A DNA stretch of 56,877 bases from a bacterium (GCA_030605785.1 JAUWHS010000065.1:1-56877), one strand, 5' to 3'; shown: positions 10,201 to 18,692, counted from the first letter of the stretch. Made by a program: numbers and translations. The notes: generated by a model not told the origin, from the sequence alone.

Positions 10201-11029
10201 AAACCTGATCAGCGTAACCGTCATTATATTGACATGCTATTTCTAAGACGTATTGACCATCATCTTTTTGGAATTGTATTATTTCTTTGAATAAAGGATT
10301 TTTTTTAGCGCTTACAGCTTCGACAAATGACGCGATTCCACCTTCAAAGAAAAAGACTTCTTCTTGTTCAGTATTTTCATCTTTGATTTCTATTTTTAAA
10401 CCTTTATTCAAAAAGGCAAGTTCTCTTAACCTTGAAGCAAGTGTGTCGAATTTAAATCCTGTTTCGTCAAAAATTTTAGGATCCGGTGTAAACCGAATAT
10501 ATGTTCCTGTTTTGTCTGATGTTCCGGTCTCTTTTAATGGCGCTAATGGTTTACCTCTTTTGTATTCTTGTTCGTAAACTTTGTCATTTCTATAAACTTT
10601 AATTTTCAAGTTTTCAGATAAAGCGTTTACGACAGAAACACCAACTCCATGTAAACCACCGGAATATTTGTAGGAATCTTTTTCAAATTTTCCGCCGGCG
10701 TGTAATTTGGTTAACACAACCTCAGTCGCGGATATTTTTTCCGTTGGATGAATATCAACGGGAATTCCTCGTCCGTTATCTTCTACGGAACAAGAACCGT
10801 CAGAATGCAGAATTACTTTTATTTTATTACAGTATTCTGCCAACGCTTCGTCAACGGAGTTATCTACAACTTCGTAGACCAAGTGATGAAGACCTGAAAT
10901 ACTTGTTGATCCAATATACATGGCAGGTCGTTTGCGAACGGCGTCTAAACCTTCTAATACTTTAATAGACTTTGCGCCATATTCTTTTGTTGATTTGTCT
11001 GTTTTTTTTATTTTTTCATCTTTTCCCAT
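7292..11029 (-). CDS. gyrB: DNA gyrase subunit B, interrupted in frame by an intein
   Basis: GHKL ATPase motifs are present (YEVVDNSVDEA, DNGRGIP, GGLHGVGVSVVNALS). The Toprim motif EGDSAGG is split from SAKQARDR by 432 aa. C-terminal QRYKGLGEM. The total of 1245 aa compares with about 810 aa once the insert is removed. Confidence 0.95.
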   Translation of the reverse strand: MGKDEKIKKTDKSTKEYGAKSIKVLEGLDAVRKRPAMYIGSTSISGLHHLVYEVVDNSVDEALAEYCNKIKVILHSDGSCSVEDNGRGIPVDIHPTEKISATEVVLTKLHAGGKFEKDSYKYSGGLHGVGVSVVNALSENLKIKVYRNDKVYEQEYKRGKPLAPLKETGTSDKTGTYIRFTPDPKIFDETGFKFDTLASRLRELAFLNKGLKIEIKDENTEQEEVFFFEGGIASFVEAVSAKKNPLFKEIIQFQKDDGQYVLEIACQYNDGYADQVFSFVNNIRTTEGGTHEAGLRSALTKSCNKAAQTFKILKDGESFSSDDVREGIVCVLSIKVPEPQFEGQTKTKLGNSEVKGLVDSWTYAFLNTYFEEHPQIAKKILQKAQLAQQARNAAKRARELTRRKTVLESSILPGKLADCSETDASKTELFIVEGDSAGGCFSGDTKIALLDGRDISFRDLVKEHEKGIKNYCYTTTKEGNIEIALIKHPRKTKTNTSIIKVILDNDKEITCTPDHLFMLKDGSYKKAQDLILTDSLMPLYRKLSKIEKRITIAGYEMVLDNKNQKWIFTHLLSDKFNLRQNKYSLKNGSHKHHVNFNKINNNPENIVRMHKDDHLALHRQMLEFTIHREDVKEKAKKAHQTKEYKAKVSAIMSTPKMKAMLSKRAKAQWENEEYKSCMVKKFLDFYNNNKDYRKKNNKQLNENQIKYWGNTENRKKQSEKVKEFFKQNPQQKESLSNIAKQQWKNESLLSWRSEKTKNQWTNEFRENRKKAYNKTYYENTIKVLKELHDKQQCFTEYDNERKKLKNPNLLLYNTFCSRFFNGDEKKLKDAVKHYNHKIKTILKLDRKIDVYDLEVEETHNFALACGVFVHNSAKQARDRFTQAILPLRGKIINAEKARFDKMLANNEIKDLVTAIGAGIGNNEFDTDKVRYHKVVIMTDADVDGSHIRILLLTFFFRHMKPMIEKGYLYVAQPPLYKAKVGKAEKYLQDDSELKQFLFEWAEKNTHLKVDKKLYKESDWSELLNKTLKYENEITKLSNYIEVSKIHCHELTGFLNSIDWQLGKYTPNEILENLQKHYPKYKIDCKFKTDQEDENALETEDQTKEMLIFKENKKTWEVPLTFFASEETENLLNLYKPIKMLDEGKWIFTISDKNEKAGIGVLNFSNTIIGSGKSLMTIQRYKGLGEMNPEQLWETTMDPAVRSFLKVTIEDGIKADQWFTSLMGDVVEDRREYIEKHAHFVKNLDI
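8417..9712 (-). mobile_element. GyrB intein (432 aa) with HNH homing-endonuclease core
   Basis: Starts with Cys in GG|CFSGDT and ends VFVHN|S. Block-B-like TPDH. HNH-like HKHHVNFNKINNNPENIVRMHKDDHLALH. The boundaries were checked codon by codon on the minus strand. Confidence 0.9.
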
Positions 11030-11370
11030 GAAACATATCCTTGATAAGATAAATTTTTATTGATATAAATTTTGTTTTCCAGAAAATGTTAATTAAAGCT
11101 TTTGTGTAAGTTTTGCCTCCCCCGGTGGCTTTTTACTGTATATATTTTACTCTAGGTTGCTTTATGCTTTGTTATTATATCAAACACTTCTTTCTTATTC
11201 AAAAAACTTATTAAATTAATTTGGTTTTATATTGTTGTTAGCAAAATTTACTAATAATTGTTGCATTAGGAATAAAGAATCTATAAAAAAAATAGAATAA
11301 TCTTTATTTTAGGAATGTTGATGTTAAAGTTTTTTGTTTTTTTGTTTACAATGGTGTTCGTTTTAAAATT

Positions 11371-11856
11371 ATGCGTACTAAATATGGTTTAAATATGATT
11401 AAGAAAAATAACGATTTTTTTATGCAAAAAGCATTAGATCAGGCAAAACTTGCTTTTAAAATAGGTGAGGTTCCGGTTGGAGCTGTCATTGTTGATTCTG
11501 ATGGAGAAGTTTTAGCAAAAGGTTACAACAAAATAGAAAAAGATAAGTGCCAACTATACCACGCTGAAGTGATTGCAATTAAAAAAGCTTGTAAAAAAAA
11601 GGGTGATTGGCGATTGGATGATTGTTGGATGTATGTAACTTTAGAACCCTGTTTAATGTGTTTGGGACTAATGAAGTTGAGTAGATTAAAAGGTGTTATT
11701 TACGGCGCAAAATCACCATTATTTGGGTTAGGATGTAAATTTGATAAACTCCCTGTATTTTATAAGAAAGGATTTGAAATAATTGGAGGGGTTAAAAAAA
11801 AGGAAAGCGCGGATCTATTAAAATATTTTTTCAACCTTGCAAGAGAAAGGGGTTAG
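11371..11856 (+). CDS. tadA: tRNA-specific adenosine deaminase TadA
   Basis: Deaminase zinc motifs HAEVIAI and PCLMCLG, plus EVPVGAVIV. Alternative in-frame starts lie at 11395 and 11422. Confidence 0.85.
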   Translation: MRTKYGLNMIKKNNDFFMQKALDQAKLAFKIGEVPVGAVIVDSDGEVLAKGYNKIEKDKCQLYHAEVIAIKKACKKKGDWRLDDCWMYVTLEPCLMCLGLMKLSRLKGVIYGAKSPLFGLGCKFDKLPVFYKKGFEIIGGVKKKESADLLKYFFNLARERG

Positions 11857-12201
11857 GTGAAAGAAAGATTAAAATTTATTGATAAAATCAAAGAAACGTT
11901 GCTTGAACGCCAAAATGAACTACAACAACAAGTAATTCATCAGTCAAAAGAAAAAGCGTCGGACGGTCAGGTAAGTGATACGGCAGATGAGGCTTTAACA
12001 ATTACAATGGAAAAACTACAGAGTTCTTTACAAAAAACTGAAATTGAAGAATTAAAGTTGATTGAAGATTCTTTAGATAGAATTGAAAAAGGCGAATACG
12101 GAATTTGTATTGATTGTAATGAGCCCATTTCGGAGCGTAGATTAGAAAATTATCCTTATGCTGCCAGATGTATTGTTTGTCAGGAAATACTGGAAAGTTA
12201 A
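11857..12201 (+). CDS. DksA/TraR-family C4 zinc-finger protein
   Basis: Coiled-coil N-terminus and CIDCNEPISERRLENYPYAARCIVCQ. The GTG start directly follows the tadA stop. Confidence 0.75.
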   Translation: MKERLKFIDKIKETLLERQNELQQQVIHQSKEKASDGQVSDTADEALTITMEKLQSSLQKTEIEELKLIEDSLDRIEKGEYGICIDCNEPISERRLENYPYAARCIVCQEILES

Positions 12202-12209
12202 GTTTTTCA

Positions 12210-12285
<76 letters not shown>

Positions 12286-12370
12286 TTCGTCTTCGCTCTG
12301 TGAGCTACGACGCAATGTATTCGTCTTCGCCGCGTCGTAGTGTAACGTAGACGGGCTTATTTTTTTGGTT

Positions 12371-12399
12371 TTGACAAATTAGTCTATATTCTGTATTAT
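12371..12399 (+). promoter_or_regulatory. Candidate sigma70-type promoter upstream of rpsI
   Basis: TTGACA (12371-12376), a 17-nt spacer, then TATTAT (12394-12399), about 105 nt upstream of the rpsI start. Confidence 0.4.
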
Positions 12400-12505
12400 T
12401 CCAAAATACTTGAAGGCCTAATTGGAGTTGCCAATTTTTCTAGTATTTGATTGTTTCAAGATTACAAATTGTAAAATTTAATGATTTTTATGGGGAATAC
12501 CACAA

Positions 12506-12895
12506 ATGATTTCTATAATTCACGGTGTTGGTAGACGTAAACGTTCTGTTGCAAGAGCTTGGTTGAAACCGGGAAAAGGCTCTATAGTTGTTAACGGAAA
12601 AGATTACACCGAGTATTTTGATACCGATGTTACTAAAAATATGATTCTTACTCCATTCAAGGTTGTTGGAAAAGATAAAAATTTTGATGTGAATGTTAAT
12701 GTTCAGGGTGGGGGAATGGTTGGTCAAGCGCAAGCTATTCGTCTTAGTTTTGCAAGAGCTCTTCTTTCAATAGATGAAAATCTAAGATCTGTTCTTAGAA
12801 AGAACGGTCTTTTGACTGTTGACGCGAGAATTAAAGAACGTAAGAAATACGGTCAAAAAGGCGCGAGAGCTAAATTCCAATTCGTTAAACGTTAA
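12506..12895 (+). CDS. rpsI: 30S ribosomal protein S9
   Basis: GVGRRKRSVARAW, GGGMVGQAQAIRLSFARAL, and C-terminal RKKYGQKGARAKFQFVKR. Confidence 0.95.
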   Translation: MISIIHGVGRRKRSVARAWLKPGKGSIVVNGKDYTEYFDTDVTKNMILTPFKVVGKDKNFDVNVNVQGGGMVGQAQAIRLSFARALLSIDENLRSVLRKNGLLTVDARIKERKKYGQKGARAKFQFVKR

Positions 12896-12938
12896 TATTT
12901 GCGATATCTCTATAAATGCAAATTTGATTTTAGATAAA

Positions 12939-12969
12939 ATACCCTCTATTTTTAGAGGGTATTTTTTTT
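12939..12969 (+). terminator. Rho-independent terminator after rpsI
   Basis: ATACCCTCTA-TTTT-TAGAGGGTAT followed by TTTTTTT. Confidence 0.8.
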
Positions 12970-13003
12970 GAGTAATTAATAAAGCAATACAAAAGAGAAA
13001 ATT

Positions 13004-14839
13004 ATGTGTGGAATTGTTGGATATGTAGGTAATAAAAAGTGTCGCGGTTTTATTATTGATGGTTTAAAAAGATTGGAATATCGGGGTTATGATTCCGCGG
13101 GTTTTTCATGCTTTGCTCAATCTGATTATTTAGAATCTGTAAAAGAAGTTGGAAGTGTAAAAAAACTTGAGCAATCTTTAGAAAAAAAAAGTTGTGATGG
13201 TTTTTGTGGTATCGGGCACACTCGTTGGGCGACTCATGGAGTCGCGAGCCAAGCTAACGCGCATCCTCATTTTGACTGTAACCGGAAAATCGCGGTTGTT
13301 CATAACGGAATTATTGAAGGTTTCGAAAAAATAAGAAATGAATTAATTAAATTGGGGCATAATTTTGTCTCTCAAACGGATACGGAAGTTGTACCACATC
13401 TCTTTGAAGAATTATTAAAAGAATTTGAATTAAAGGATGCTTTAAAAGAATTGGTAAAAAAATTAGATGGCGCTTATTCTTTTGTAATTTTAAATAAAGA
13501 TTATGAAGACAGGTTGATCTTAGTTCGTAAAAAATCGCCACTAGTTGTAGGACTTTCTGAAGAAGAGAATTTTGTCGCGTCAGATTTTTTGGCTTTTTCA
13601 GATAAAACTCAAAATGTTGTTTTTCTTCCCGATGAAAGTATTACAGTTCTAAGAAAAGACAAAATTGAAATTTTTGATTTCAGTGGGAACAAACTTAATG
13701 TTGAAGCGCAAAAAATAGATCATAAATTTAATGATGTATCAAAACAAGGCTTTGAACATTACATGCTTAAAGAAATTTATGAACAAAAACAGGCAATAAA
13801 TAAAACAATTTCATTTTTTAGTTTGATTGAAAATCTTTGGGGGCAACTTGGTTTAACAACTGAGCAAGTAAAAAAATTAAAAAAAATAAATTTGATTGCG
13901 GCAGGTACTTCTTGGCATGCATGTAGAATAGCCCAATTTTTTATTGAAAAATATTGTAAAATTCCCGCGCAAATTTATTTGGCTTCTGAATTTAGATATA
14001 TGCCATTTTTTAGGCAAGATGATTCTATTTTTATTTTTGTTTCTCAGTCCGGAGAAACAGCGGATTCTTTAGAAGCTTTAAGATTAGTTAAATCTTTTGG
14101 TGTTCCAACAATTGCTTTGACGAATGTTGTTTCAAGCACAATGGTTCGTGAAGCGGATGGTTATTTACATATGCAGGCAGGGCCTGAAATTTCGGTTGCG
14201 TCAACAAAAGCTTTTTCAACCCAATTAGCCTCTCTTTTTTGGCTTTCTAATAAAATTGCGGAACAAAAAAGTTTAATGACTGACGTTGAAATGAAAAAAG
14301 CGGAAAATGATTTATTTATCGCCGCTGAGATTTTAGAAAGTTCTATTGAAAATTATAAAGTTAAAATAACAGGTCAATTGGCTCCTTTTTATTCAAAATA
14401 TGAAAAATTTATATTTTTGGGACGACATATTAGCTATCCATTTTCTATGGAAGCGGCATTAAAATTAAAAGAAATTTCTTACATTTTCGCGCAGTGTTAC
14501 CCTGCCGGAGAATTAAAACATGGGCCAATCGCGTTAATTGATGAAAAAACACCGATTGTTTTATTTTCTGTTCTGGATGAATTGATTTATCAAAAAATTG
14601 TATCTAATGCTCAAGAGGTTAAAGCCAGAAATGGGCATTTATTAGTTTTTGCGTTTGAAGGACAAGAAGAATTAATTAATTTGGCCGATAATTGCTTTAT
14701 TTTACCAAGAGTTAATCCTATGCTTGTTCCTCTTGCTATGACAGGTTTAATGCAGTTTTTTGTTTATCAAATTACAAAGTTGCTTGGATGTCCGATTGAC
14801 AAACCTCGGAATCTTGCAAAATCAGTAACTGTTGAATAA
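13004..14839 (+). CDS. glmS: Glutamine--fructose-6-phosphate aminotransferase
   Basis: N-terminal MCGIVGY. The length (611 aa), two SIS-domain regions (SQSGETADSL) and the C-terminal KPRNLAKSVTVE are all typical of GlmS. Confidence 0.95.
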   Translation: MCGIVGYVGNKKCRGFIIDGLKRLEYRGYDSAGFSCFAQSDYLESVKEVGSVKKLEQSLEKKSCDGFCGIGHTRWATHGVASQANAHPHFDCNRKIAVVHNGIIEGFEKIRNELIKLGHNFVSQTDTEVVPHLFEELLKEFELKDALKELVKKLDGAYSFVILNKDYEDRLILVRKKSPLVVGLSEEENFVASDFLAFSDKTQNVVFLPDESITVLRKDKIEIFDFSGNKLNVEAQKIDHKFNDVSKQGFEHYMLKEIYEQKQAINKTISFFSLIENLWGQLGLTTEQVKKLKKINLIAAGTSWHACRIAQFFIEKYCKIPAQIYLASEFRYMPFFRQDDSIFIFVSQSGETADSLEALRLVKSFGVPTIALTNVVSSTMVREADGYLHMQAGPEISVASTKAFSTQLASLFWLSNKIAEQKSLMTDVEMKKAENDLFIAAEILESSIENYKVKITGQLAPFYSKYEKFIFLGRHISYPFSMEAALKLKEISYIFAQCYPAGELKHGPIALIDEKTPIVLFSVLDELIYQKIVSNAQEVKARNGHLLVFAFEGQEELINLADNCFILPRVNPMLVPLAMTGLMQFFVYQITKLLGCPIDKPRNLAKSVTVE

Positions 14840-14894
14840 TCATTAACAAATAGTTTATATTGTAATTAAGGGGTATATCTGAAAAATACATATT

Positions 14895-14924
14895 GATCAG
14901 CATAGTCAATTGACTATGCTGATC
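14895..14924. repeat. Perfect 30-bp palindrome GATCAGCATAGTCAATTGACTATGCTGATC in the glmS downstream intergenic region
   Basis: Read directly. It has 15-bp arms, no spacer, and no adjacent T-run. Confidence 0.6.
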
Positions 14925-14951
14925 GTAGTCTAAATTTTCGGGGAAGGGACA

Positions 14952-15938
14952 ATGTTTAAGATAAAAAAAATTATCTTATTTCTATTTATTTATGCATATT
15001 TTTTTTCTTGTAATTCTTTTCCACATATTAAACTTTCAAATAGTTCAATTGCAAAACTGTTTACCAGTTTAAAGCATAGCCCTCAAAAAATAGGTAGACG
15101 TTTGAGTAATGTGTCATCTTTTGATTATCAGCGTTCAGATCGTTCAGATAGTTTAGATTCTGTTGAAACTTTTAATTCAGAATCAACTCAACCTGAATAT
15201 GATTCTGATGGATATTTAACAGATGATTCCAATCTTTCAAGTGGTTCTACTTCATCGGCCGTTTCATTTATTTCAGATGATTCAATTAATTATTTTAATC
15301 AAGCTGTAGAAAAATATCATGAATATTTGCCCAATTTAAAAATTGAAATTAATGGTAACAACAAATCTTTTGAGGAGGTTTTATGTTTAATTATGCAGGC
15401 TGTATTTGATGATAATATTTTATTGGCAGATAAATTATTGTTGATTTTAACCAATACTATAAGTTTAAATATGTTTTTGTTTGTTGATAATGAAGTTCAA
15501 ATAAAATTAAAAAAAGTTTTAAGGGTTTTTATTTATAATTTAAATTTTGACATTCATAGTTTAAAATCGATTAAAAATTTATCTTTTTTTTCAAAAGATT
15601 CATTTTTCTCCAAAGAGTCTAAGTTTTTTTTGATAGAATCAATTGGTTTAATTAAAAAAAATTTTCCAAATTCAACAATAAGTTTAACTTTAGACAAGAA
15701 AATTGGATTTAATGACTGTTTAGTGTCGATAGGAATTGCAATTATTGCTGGTTTATTTAAAGAGGCTTTAAATAATTTTTTAACGTTACTTTATTATATT
15801 TCATTGGAAGATCAGTGGGTTTATGCGACGATTGATGAAAAATATGTTTTTAGAAATGCTTTATTTGATTTTGTTAATAGTTTAAATGACAAACGTTTGC
15901 GTGATGAGTCTTTGCATAGTAAGTTTTTTTATCTTTAG
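14952..15938 (+). CDS. Hypothetical exported or lipoprotein-like protein with a Ser/Asp-rich linker
   Basis: Hydrophobic N-terminus ending FFSC. Low-complexity S/D-rich region. I recognise no family motif. Confidence 0.45.
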   Translation: MFKIKKIILFLFIYAYFFSCNSFPHIKLSNSSIAKLFTSLKHSPQKIGRRLSNVSSFDYQRSDRSDSLDSVETFNSESTQPEYDSDGYLTDDSNLSSGSTSSAVSFISDDSINYFNQAVEKYHEYLPNLKIEINGNNKSFEEVLCLIMQAVFDDNILLADKLLLILTNTISLNMFLFVDNEVQIKLKKVLRVFIYNLNFDIHSLKSIKNLSFFSKDSFFSKESKFFLIESIGLIKKNFPNSTISLTLDKKIGFNDCLVSIGIAIIAGLFKEALNNFLTLLYYISLEDQWVYATIDEKYVFRNALFDFVNSLNDKRLRDESLHSKFFYL

Positions 15939-15942
15939 GTCT

Positions 15943-17298
15943 TTACTCATCCGGGAATAAAGTTAATAATTCATAAATATTTTTAAGTTTAATTGTTTTG
16001 CATGAAGTTTTAACTTTTTGATTTGAAGAAATTAAAATTGTATTTAAGCCAAATTTTTCCGCTTCATTAATTCTTATTTGAGCCTGATTTGTTGGTTTTA
16101 TTTGTCCTGTTAAATTAACTTCTCCGATAGATAGAATTTTTTCAGGTAATGTTTTTTGAAAATAGCTTGAAAGAAGAGCAAGCGCGATTCCGAGATCAAT
16201 TGAACTTTCTTTTATTTTTACACCGCTGCTAACTTTAAAAAATATATCTTGTGAACTAAATCTTATGTGTAAATACTTTTCTAAAATCGCGGCAATTAAA
16301 ACAACTCTTTTAGGATCAATTCCTGTTACAACCCTTTGAGGAATTCCAAATTTTGATGTAACGCAAAGAGCTTGAAGCTCAAGCAAGATTGGTCGACTTC
16401 CTTCCAAACAACAAATTAAGGCTGAACCTGCGCTTGCTGAACTTTCATTTAAGAGTTGTTGGTTAATATTGCTAACTTCTGTTAGACCATTTTCTTGCAT
16501 TTCAAAAAAACCGATTTCATTAATAGCGCCAAATCTATTTTTTACAGATCTTAAAATTCTGGTATGCCAGCGGTCTTCGCCTTGTAAATAAAAAACACCA
16601 TCAACCATATGCTCCAAAAGCTTTGGCCCCGCGATTTGTCCATCCTTTGTTATGTGACCTGTAATAAAAACGGCAACATTATTTTCTTTTGAGAAACGTA
16701 ACAAATGAAAAGATGATTCACGTAATTGACCGATTGTTCCCGGGATTACGGTTGATTGATTTGATAAATAACAATTTTGAATTGAATCTATAATTATTAA
16801 ATCCGGTTTTGCGTTTAAACTTGTCGCGATAATATTTTCAAGATTTGATTCGTCACAAAATAATAAATTTGTATTTTCTAAATTTAATCTGGTTGCTCGG
16901 TTTTTTAATTGTTGCAAGGATTCTTCTGTTGAAAAATAGATAACATTTTTTGTTTCAGCAATTTTATCTGCGACTTGTAGTAACAAAGTTGATTTACCAA
17001 TTCCGGGATCTCCGGTTAAAATCATAAAAGAACCGGGTAGAATTCCTCCACCAATAACTTGATCCCATTCTTTAATACCACTTAATAATCGTTGTTGGGT
17101 TTCTATTGAGATTTCATTTATTTTTAATAAATTTGCCGGAACAGCTGAACTTTGTTGTGTGAAGTTTTTTAGTGGCGATGGTTGAATGTTTTGTTCGACA
17201 AAACTATTCCATTCGCTACACGTTGGGCATTGTCCAATCCATTTAATGGCGATATGATCACAATTTGTACATCGAAAATTTGTTTTTTGTTTACTCAT
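15943..17298 (-). CDS. radA: DNA repair protein RadA/Sms
   Basis: N-terminal zinc finger CTNC...CPTC, Walker A GDPGIGKSTLLLQ, KNRFG motif and a Lon-like C-terminal domain. Confidence 0.95.
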   Translation of the reverse strand: MSKQKTNFRCTNCDHIAIKWIGQCPTCSEWNSFVEQNIQPSPLKNFTQQSSAVPANLLKINEISIETQQRLLSGIKEWDQVIGGGILPGSFMILTGDPGIGKSTLLLQVADKIAETKNVIYFSTEESLQQLKNRATRLNLENTNLLFCDESNLENIIATSLNAKPDLIIIDSIQNCYLSNQSTVIPGTIGQLRESSFHLLRFSKENNVAVFITGHITKDGQIAGPKLLEHMVDGVFYLQGEDRWHTRILRSVKNRFGAINEIGFFEMQENGLTEVSNINQQLLNESSASAGSALICCLEGSRPILLELQALCVTSKFGIPQRVVTGIDPKRVVLIAAILEKYLHIRFSSQDIFFKVSSGVKIKESSIDLGIALALLSSYFQKTLPEKILSIGEVNLTGQIKPTNQAQIRINEAEKFGLNTILISSNQKVKTSCKTIKLKNIYELLTLFPDE

Positions 17299-17737
17299 TA
17301 ATATTTGTTTGTTTGGCTTTTAATTTTTTTACTTTTTCAAAATAATTTATTTTTCTCTTAACAAAGTTATATATTTTTATCGTTTTTTCTATTGCTGATT
17401 GCATATCTTCTATATCAGGAATGTCGTATTCACTTGGATATCTAAAAGCAACCGTATATGGTTTCAAATCTTTTGCGTCATAAAGGATTTTTTCAAACGT
17501 TTGATCGAATTTTTTACATTGCAAGGTTAGAGAGACTAAGTCGTGAGTTTTGTTTACATTGATTTTTCTGTAGACGAGATACGCTTTTAGCATTTTTTCC
17601 GCACATTGTTGACAATGATAAGCTGACGTCCCTAAGAGTTCTAATTTAAATAATCCCTTAGCACTTGCTAAGTCATCAACTGCTATTTTTAACCATTCTT
17701 TGTAATCAAGCTCTCGTGTAAATTTTTTCACCCTCAT
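17291..17737 (-). CDS. HEPN-domain protein (putative toxin of a HEPN/MNT pair)
   Basis: 148-aa helical protein with AYHCQQCAEKMLKAYL and KTHDLVSL, typical of HEPN (PF05168-like). It overlaps the upstream MNT gene by 32 nt and the radA start by 8 nt. Confidence 0.65.
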   Translation of the reverse strand: MRVKKFTRELDYKEWLKIAVDDLASAKGLFKLELLGTSAYHCQQCAEKMLKAYLVYRKINVNKTHDLVSLTLQCKKFDQTFEKILYDAKDLKPYTVAFRYPSEYDIPDIEDMQSAIEKTIKIYNFVKRKINYFEKVKKLKAKQTNINE

Positions 17738-18035
17738 CCTTTATTTTACGACAGAATGCTGAAACGATATTTGAGTGTTTGTCGAATTCTTTTTTTGTAT
17801 AAACGATAATGTCATTTGGAAATTCAAATCTTATAAGTGCCTCATAACCTGCAAGAGGTCGTTTATATTTTTTTAAATCTGATTTTTCAACAATAACAGC
17901 AAAGTCTAGGTCACTATCTTTTGTTGGATGTCCCCAAGCGTAAGATCCAAATAAATAAATTTCTAAGGGATCGTAAGCTTCTACGAGTTTGTTTTTCGCG
18001 TAATCAATTAGTTTTTTTATTTCTTTTTTTTCCAT
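17706..18035 (-). CDS. Minimal nucleotidyltransferase (MNT) domain protein (putative antitoxin)
   Basis: The nucleotidyltransferase signature LFGSYAWGHPTKDSDLDFAV (GS...DxD), in a 109-aa protein. Confidence 0.75.
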   Translation of the reverse strand: MEKKEIKKLIDYAKNKLVEAYDPLEIYLFGSYAWGHPTKDSDLDFAVIVEKSDLKKYKRPLAGYEALIRFEFPNDIIVYTKKEFDKHSNIVSAFCRKIKDEGEKIYTRA

Positions 18036-18044
18036 ATAAACCTT

Positions 18045-18692
18045 CTAAATTTGCGCTTGTGTTATTTTATTATTTTGTAAAATATTTGGATTTATTTGAT
18101 CCGGTGATGATTTTTCAATTTTAAAACAATTTCTGCACCTTGCTTCGTAACATTCACTTGCGCCAACTAAAATTATTGGATCATCGTATTTTGCGGGTTT
18201 GCCATTTATAACTCTTTGTGTGTGATGCGCGTCATTTCCACAAACAACACAAATTGCTTTTAATTTTGTTACATCATCAGATAAGGCCATTAAAGTTGGT
18301 ATGATTCCAAACGGTTCACCTCTAAAATCCATGTCAAGACCTGCGGCGATAACTCTTTTTCCGCTATCAACTAATGTGATAACGATATCGATTATTTCTT
18401 TTGGAAAAAACTGAATCTCATCAAAACCAACAACTTGAATGTTTTTGTTTGCTAATTCTAATATTTTATTTAGGTTGTTTTTGTCGTTGTCAATTGAAAA
18501 CGCGTGTCTTTCTCTGCCGCTATGAGTTGTAATGCATGTTTGGCTTTTACGTTTATCTATTTGATGTTTGATTGTAAGAACATTTTGTTTTGCGTATTCT
18601 GCTCTGTTTAATCTGCGCATTAGTTCTTCTGTTTTGCCTGAAAACATTGAACCGCAAACTATTTCTAATCGACCTTTATTTTTATTTTCCAT
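18045..18692 (-). CDS. tdk: Thymidine kinase
   Basis: GSMFSGKTEEL P-loop, DEIQFF, and the zinc motif CVVCG...CRNC. Confidence 0.9.
   Translation of the reverse strand: MENKNKGRLEIVCGSMFSGKTEELMRRLNRAEYAKQNVLTIKHQIDKRKSQTCITTHSGRERHAFSIDNDKNNLNKILELANKNIQVVGFDEIQFFPKEIIDIVITLVDSGKRVIAAGLDMDFRGEPFGIIPTLMALSDDVTKLKAICVVCGNDAHHTQRVINGKPAKYDDPIILVGASECYEARCRNCFKIEKSSPDQINPNILQNNKITQAQI

Noticed and set aside
7795-10965. Several plus-strand ORFs (7795-8163, 9666-9908, 10287-10577, 10744-10965) and one minus-strand ORF (8686-8928), all inside gyrB
   Set aside because: All are fully embedded in the strongly supported gyrB/intein reading frame. None has a recognisable motif.
11030-11370. A possible replication origin in the 340-bp AT-rich region upstream of gyrB
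   Set aside because: There is no dnaA or dnaN nearby, and I could find no cluster of TTATCCACA-like boxes. Only one isolated near-match (GGTGGATAA at 37416-37424) exists in the window, and it is far from this region.
11316-11393. A 25-codon hydrophobic mini-ORF (MLMLKFFVFLFTMVFVLKLCVLNMV) just upstream of tadA
   Set aside because: Its composition is what T-rich intergenic DNA would be expected to produce. There is no RBS and conservation cannot be assessed, so it is not reportable as a gene.
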